A stretch of 64,000 nt of DNA from Malacoraja senta. Lineage: Eukaryota. Position numbers and translations under genes: made by a program. Within the stretch, counting starts at the first letter, position 1. Each line of letters opens with the position of its first letter. The notes under the pieces are model-generated. The model was given only the letters and a program-made list of their open reading frames with translations, was not told the DNA's origin and did not search any database. The stretch lies in NCBI GenBank assembly GCA_038087875.1, contig CM075977.1, positions 52,824,001-52,888,000 of the forward strand, in the 5' to 3' direction. Below, piece by piece: positions 59,472-64,000 of the stretch.

Positions 59472-60800
59472 ATAGTCATAGTCATGGAGTGTGGAAACAG
59501 GCTCTTCGGCCCAACTCGCCCACATGTCCCAGCTACACTTGTCCAACCTGCCTGCAATTGGTCCATATCCCTCCAAACCTGTCCTATCCATGCACCTGTC
59601 TGTTTCTTAAACGTTGGGATAGTCCCCGCCTCAACTACCTCCTCTAGCAGCTTGTTCCATACACCCACCAACCTTTGTGTGAAAAAATGACCCCTCAGAT
59701 TCCTGTTAAATCTTTTCCCCTTCACCTTGAACCTATGTCCTCTGGTCCTCAATTCCCCTACTCTGCGCAAGACTGTGCATCTACCCGGTCTATTCCTCTC
59801 ATGATTTTGTACACCTCTATAAGATCACCCCTTATTCTCCTCCGCTGTAAGGAATAGAGACCCTGCCTACTCAACCTCTCCCTATAGCTCACACCCTCTA
59901 GTCCTGGCACCTCGGAAATCTTCTCTGAACCCTTTCAAGCTTGACAATATCTTTCCTATAACATGCTGCCCAGAACTGAACACAATATTCTAAATGCGGT
60001 CTCACCCATGTCTTATACAACTGCAACATTACCCTATTTCTATACTAAATACTCTGACTGATGAGGGCCAATGTGCCAAAAGCCTTTTTGATCTCCTTAT
60101 CTACCTGTGACTCGACCTTCAAGGAACCATGCACCTGCACTCCTAGATCCCTATGCTCTACAACATTCCCCAGAGGCCTCGCATTCACAGTGGAGGTCCT
60201 GCCCTTGTTAGACGTCCCAAAATGCAACACCTCACACTTCTCTGCATTAAATTCCATCAACTATTCCTCCACCCACCTGGCCAATCGATCCAGATCCTGC
60301 TGCAATCGTTCACAACCATCTTCACTATCTGCAAAATCACCCATATCATCAGCAAACTTGCTAATCTTGCCATGTATGTTCTCATCCAAATCATTGATGT
60401 AGATGACAAACAGTAATGGGCCCAGCACCGAACCCTGAGGCACACCACTAGTCACAGGCCTCCAGTCCGAGAAGCAACCTTCCACCATCACCCTCTGCTT
60501 CCTTCCATGGAGCCAATTTGCTATCCATTCAGCTATCTTTCCTTGGATACCATGTGATCTAATCTTCCAGAGCAGCCTACCATGCGGAACCTTGTCAAAT
60601 GCCTTACTGAAATCCATGTATACAACATCTACAGCTCTGCTCTAATCGACCTTATTGGTCACATCTTCAAAAAATTCAATCAAATTTGTGAGACACAACC
60701 TCCCATTTAAAAACCATGCTGACTATCCCTAATCAGCCCTTGCCCATCCAAATGCTGGTGTAACCTATCCCTCAGAATACTCTCTAGTAACTTTCCAACT
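59472..60800 (-). mobile_element. CR1-type LINE RT, 5'-truncated
   Basis: MDFSKAFDKVPH...SGVPQGSVLGPLLFVIYINDL...KFADD; MEFNAEKCEVLH; TRGHRFKV...FFTQRLVGVWNKL. Confidence 0.92.
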
Positions 60801-60879
60801 TTCCCAACATTAGGGCTAAGAAACAATTTATTTACCAATTGTGCAGTGTCTTTAGACTTCTCTACTGCAGAGAGCTTTA

Positions 60880-61180
60880 GGCTTTAGAGATACAGTGTGC
60901 AAATGAGACCCTTCAGCCCATGAGTCCATGCTGTGCAGTGATCACTTGCACTCTCCTACACACTAGGGACAATTTACACTTTTACCAAACCCAGTTAACC
61001 TACAAACCTGTACATCTTTGAAGTGTGTGAGGAAACTGAAGCACTCGGAGAAATTCCCCGCGGTTACGGGGAGTACATACAACCTCAGTACGTACAGCAC
61101 CCATAGTCTGGATCAAACCCGGGTCTCCGGCACTGTAAGGCAACAACTCTACCGCTGTGCCGCCCCCACGGTGCTGCCCC
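60880..61180 (-). mobile_element. V-SINE/HE1-like SINE
   Basis: Reverse copy. Confidence 0.8.
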
Positions 61181-62509
61181 ACTATGCTGTGGATACCTGG
61201 TCTTTGAGTACATTGGAGACAGAGATGAATAGATTTTTTGGCATTGAGGATATCACTAACTCCCCAGTTGGTGCAGGAAAGTGGGACTGAGGGTAAAAGA
61301 TTAGTTAGTTTAACTTTGGCGATGGCGAAACTGTCAGAAACAGCACATCCCTCACTGACTCACGTGTTACTCTGTCAAAAACTCCATCAAATTAGTTTGA
61401 CATGATTTGCTTTTAACAATCCATTATACCAATCAATCGACGTTTGTTCGAATGACTGCTAAACCAGTTCCTGATTGTTTCTGGAACTGTCACCATTATT
61501 GCAATTAAACTAGCGCTCTGAAGTTACTTGATTTATTCCTGTGCCCTTTATTGAACAAAAATGTAATGTTTGCAATTTTCCAGTCTCAGGCACCATCTGT
61601 GAATCTGTAGATATTTGTCGTACTATGGCTGAGGGCTCTGGAGATTCTGGTTATTCACATTATTTCCTTTATCATTTACACTGTGATGGCACAATTGTAA
61701 TCATCTATATTCTTTCCGCTGACTGGTTAGCATGCAACAAAAGCTTTTCATTGTACCATGGTACATGTGACAATAAACTAAGCTAACTAATGCAAATTCA
61801 TAGGATTGGTCCAAGAGCTGGCATAGCCCCAATCAGAAAAATGGCAGTTTTCTGGGCTGTATGAAAGTGCAAGATATGAAAAATTCATCTATTTATTTGA
61901 TGCAAACCAGTTTATGTTAATACTGGATCTCAACAATTTTTGTTTTGCTTTGCACTGTCAAGATAAATTCTATGCTCAATCTCTTAGTGACTTGGTTGTT
62001 TCTGGAATTTCACATTGAAATATTTTTGGATGTTGATGAAGAATCATGAGACCTGAATTGTTAATCTTGCCTCCTCCTCTATACATTCTCTCTCTCACTG
62101 TGCATGTTCAGCACCTTTATTTTGTGCTCCAGGTGTCCGATACTTTTAGTTTTTGAAACAATTTTAGTTCAGGGCCGTATAGCTAGTGGAAACATTTAGT
62201 CACATCCAGTCATTTTCAGTGGTTGGACAGAACTCATACTCACAGCTAATTTGGATTTATTTTGACACGTATCTTCACTTTGGCATATTCTGATTGGTTA
62301 CAAATGCTGAAGATAATGTTCTTAAAAGCATTATTACTACGAAGTAATTCCAAATCCTGTTGCCTTTCCTACACGCTTAATCGTATCTTTCGATGATGCC
62401 TCGGCTTACTGGGTTCCAGCAGTAACAAATGATTCCTGGCCACCATAAGAGACAAAAGCACAGGATGCTGGTGTTTCAATGCAATACACTCCTCAAGTCA
62501 TGGCCTTTA

Positions 62510-62945
62510 TAGATACATAGAAACATAGGTGCAGGAGTAGGCCATTTGGCCCTTCGAGCCTGCACCACCATTCAATGTGATCATGGCTGATCATCCAACT
62601 CAGTATCCCATCCCTGCCTTCTCTCCAAACCCCTGATCCCTTTAGCCACAAGGGCCACATCTAACTCCCTCTTAAATATAGCCAATGAACTGGCCTCAAC
62701 GACCTTCTGCGGCAGAGAGTTCCACAGATTCACCACTCTCTGTGTGAAAAAAGTTGTTCTCATCTCGGTCCTAAAAGATTTCCCCCTTATCCTTAAGCTG
62801 TGACCCCTTGTCCTGGACTTCCCCAACATCGGGAACAATCTTCCTGCATCTAACCTGTCCAACCCCTTAAGAATTTTGTAAGTTTCTATAAGATCCCCCC
62901 GCAATCTCCTAAATTCTAGCGAGTACAAGCCGAGTCTATCCGAGT
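62510..62945 (-). mobile_element. Young CR1-type LINE 3' end
   Basis: YSLEFRRLRGDLIETYKILKGLDRLDAGRLFP...FFTQRVVNLWNSLP. Confidence 0.9.
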
Positions 62946-63017
62946 TATATTTATATATGAGACGATTTCGTCTTTGCTATATTTGAAAATAAACACATGC
63001 AAAATATCAATTTTAAG

Positions 63018-63290
63018 GGGCAGCGTGGCACAGTGGCACCGCTGGTAGAGCTGCTGGAGACTCGGATGTGACCCTGACCTCTGGTGCCCTCTGTGTGGAG
63101 TTTTCCCCATGACCGCGTGGGTTTCCTCCTGGTTCCCAGATTTCCTCCCACGTCCCAAAGACACGATGGTCTGTAGGTTAATTGACCTCTGTTTGACCAC
63201 TTGAGAAAGTGGATGAAATAGAACTAGTGTGGACGAGAGATCGATGGTCAGCACAGAATTGATAGGCCGATTTACATGCTGTACCTTTCA
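63018..63290 (+). mobile_element. V-SINE/HE1-like SINE (diverged)
   Basis: Head and core present. Confidence 0.7.
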
Positions 63291-63769
63291 ACAATCACAG
63301 GGTAAAAGGATTCAAACTCATCATCTATGTTTATGCACCAAACAGTATTGAGGTTGCTGTTGCCCTGTCACAGGTGCCAGGTTTTGGATGAGTTGTTCAG
63401 CCTCGGCTGCATTCAGTATAGATAGGCATCTGATGGCTGCCATGGATATGATGGGCCGAAGGGCCTGTTTCAGTGTTGCTTGACTCTATGACTTTACAGG
63501 TGTAACGTATTTTCTGAAAAGAAACAATGGTATTATAACAACTTTGAAAGACAAATGGACAGGTACATGTATAGGAAAGGTTTAGAAGGATATGGGCCAA
63601 ATGCGGGCAGGTGGGACGAGTGTCAACGGGCATCTTGGCTGGCATGGGCAAGTTGAGCCAAAGAGCCTGTTTCCATGCTGTATGATTCCATGAAACTCTG
63701 TAAACAGAACTACAAATATCCCCAGTGCCCTGGCAACCACAAACAGCTCAATCTACAATTTTGAAAAGT

Positions 63770-63972
63770 AAAACACAAAGTATTGGATGAATGCAGAGGG
63801 CAAGGCAGCAACTGGAGAGAGAATGGACAGCTGATGTTTTGGATGGGGTCCTTCTTCAGACTGATATAATTGGATGGATGAATTAGTTTGAAGAAGGGTC
63901 TTGACCGACTCATCGCCTGTCCATCACACCCCAAATGTCGCCTGACCTGCTAGAGTTCCTCCAGCACTTTGC
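63770..63972. mobile_element. Penelope pLTR-derived fold-back element (diverged)
   Basis: ccttcttcagactga ... ttgaagaagggtcttgaccga divergent cores with flanking arms. Confidence 0.65.
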
Positions 63973-64000
63973 TTGTTTATTTTAGAGATCATGGAAACAG

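Overview
Eukaryotic, repeat-dense, apparently intronic or intergenic DNA. The repeat families (tRNA-headed V-SINE/HE1-type SINEs sharing a 3' tail with CR1/HER1-type LINEs, Deu-domain SINE relics, L2, Rex1/Babar, Tx1, Penelope) point to a cartilaginous fish, probably a skate or ray; this is inferred, not searched. I recognise no host gene. Nearly all ORFs in the track are spurious or transposon-derived; one unique 155-codon minus-strand frame with a splice acceptor (53707-54173) is a candidate terminal exon. The most notable system is a family of about 25 short (100-220 bp) elements. They are the 3' terminus (pLTR) of the resident Penelope retroelement, carry a minimal type I hammerhead ribozyme motif (CUGAaGA-stem II-GAAACGUC) or a decayed version of it, and often occur alone as fold-back inverted pairs; one copy (22383-22590) has an intact ribozyme fold and flanking direct repeats. 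Other content: four Harbinger-like MITEs with shared ends but different interiors, 8-bp-TSD hAT-like elements, a three-level nested insertion, a solo LTR, a near-intact young L2 ORF2, and several repeat-free islands that resemble conserved enhancers. Coordinates were read by eye; repeat boundaries are approximate unless TSDs are quoted.
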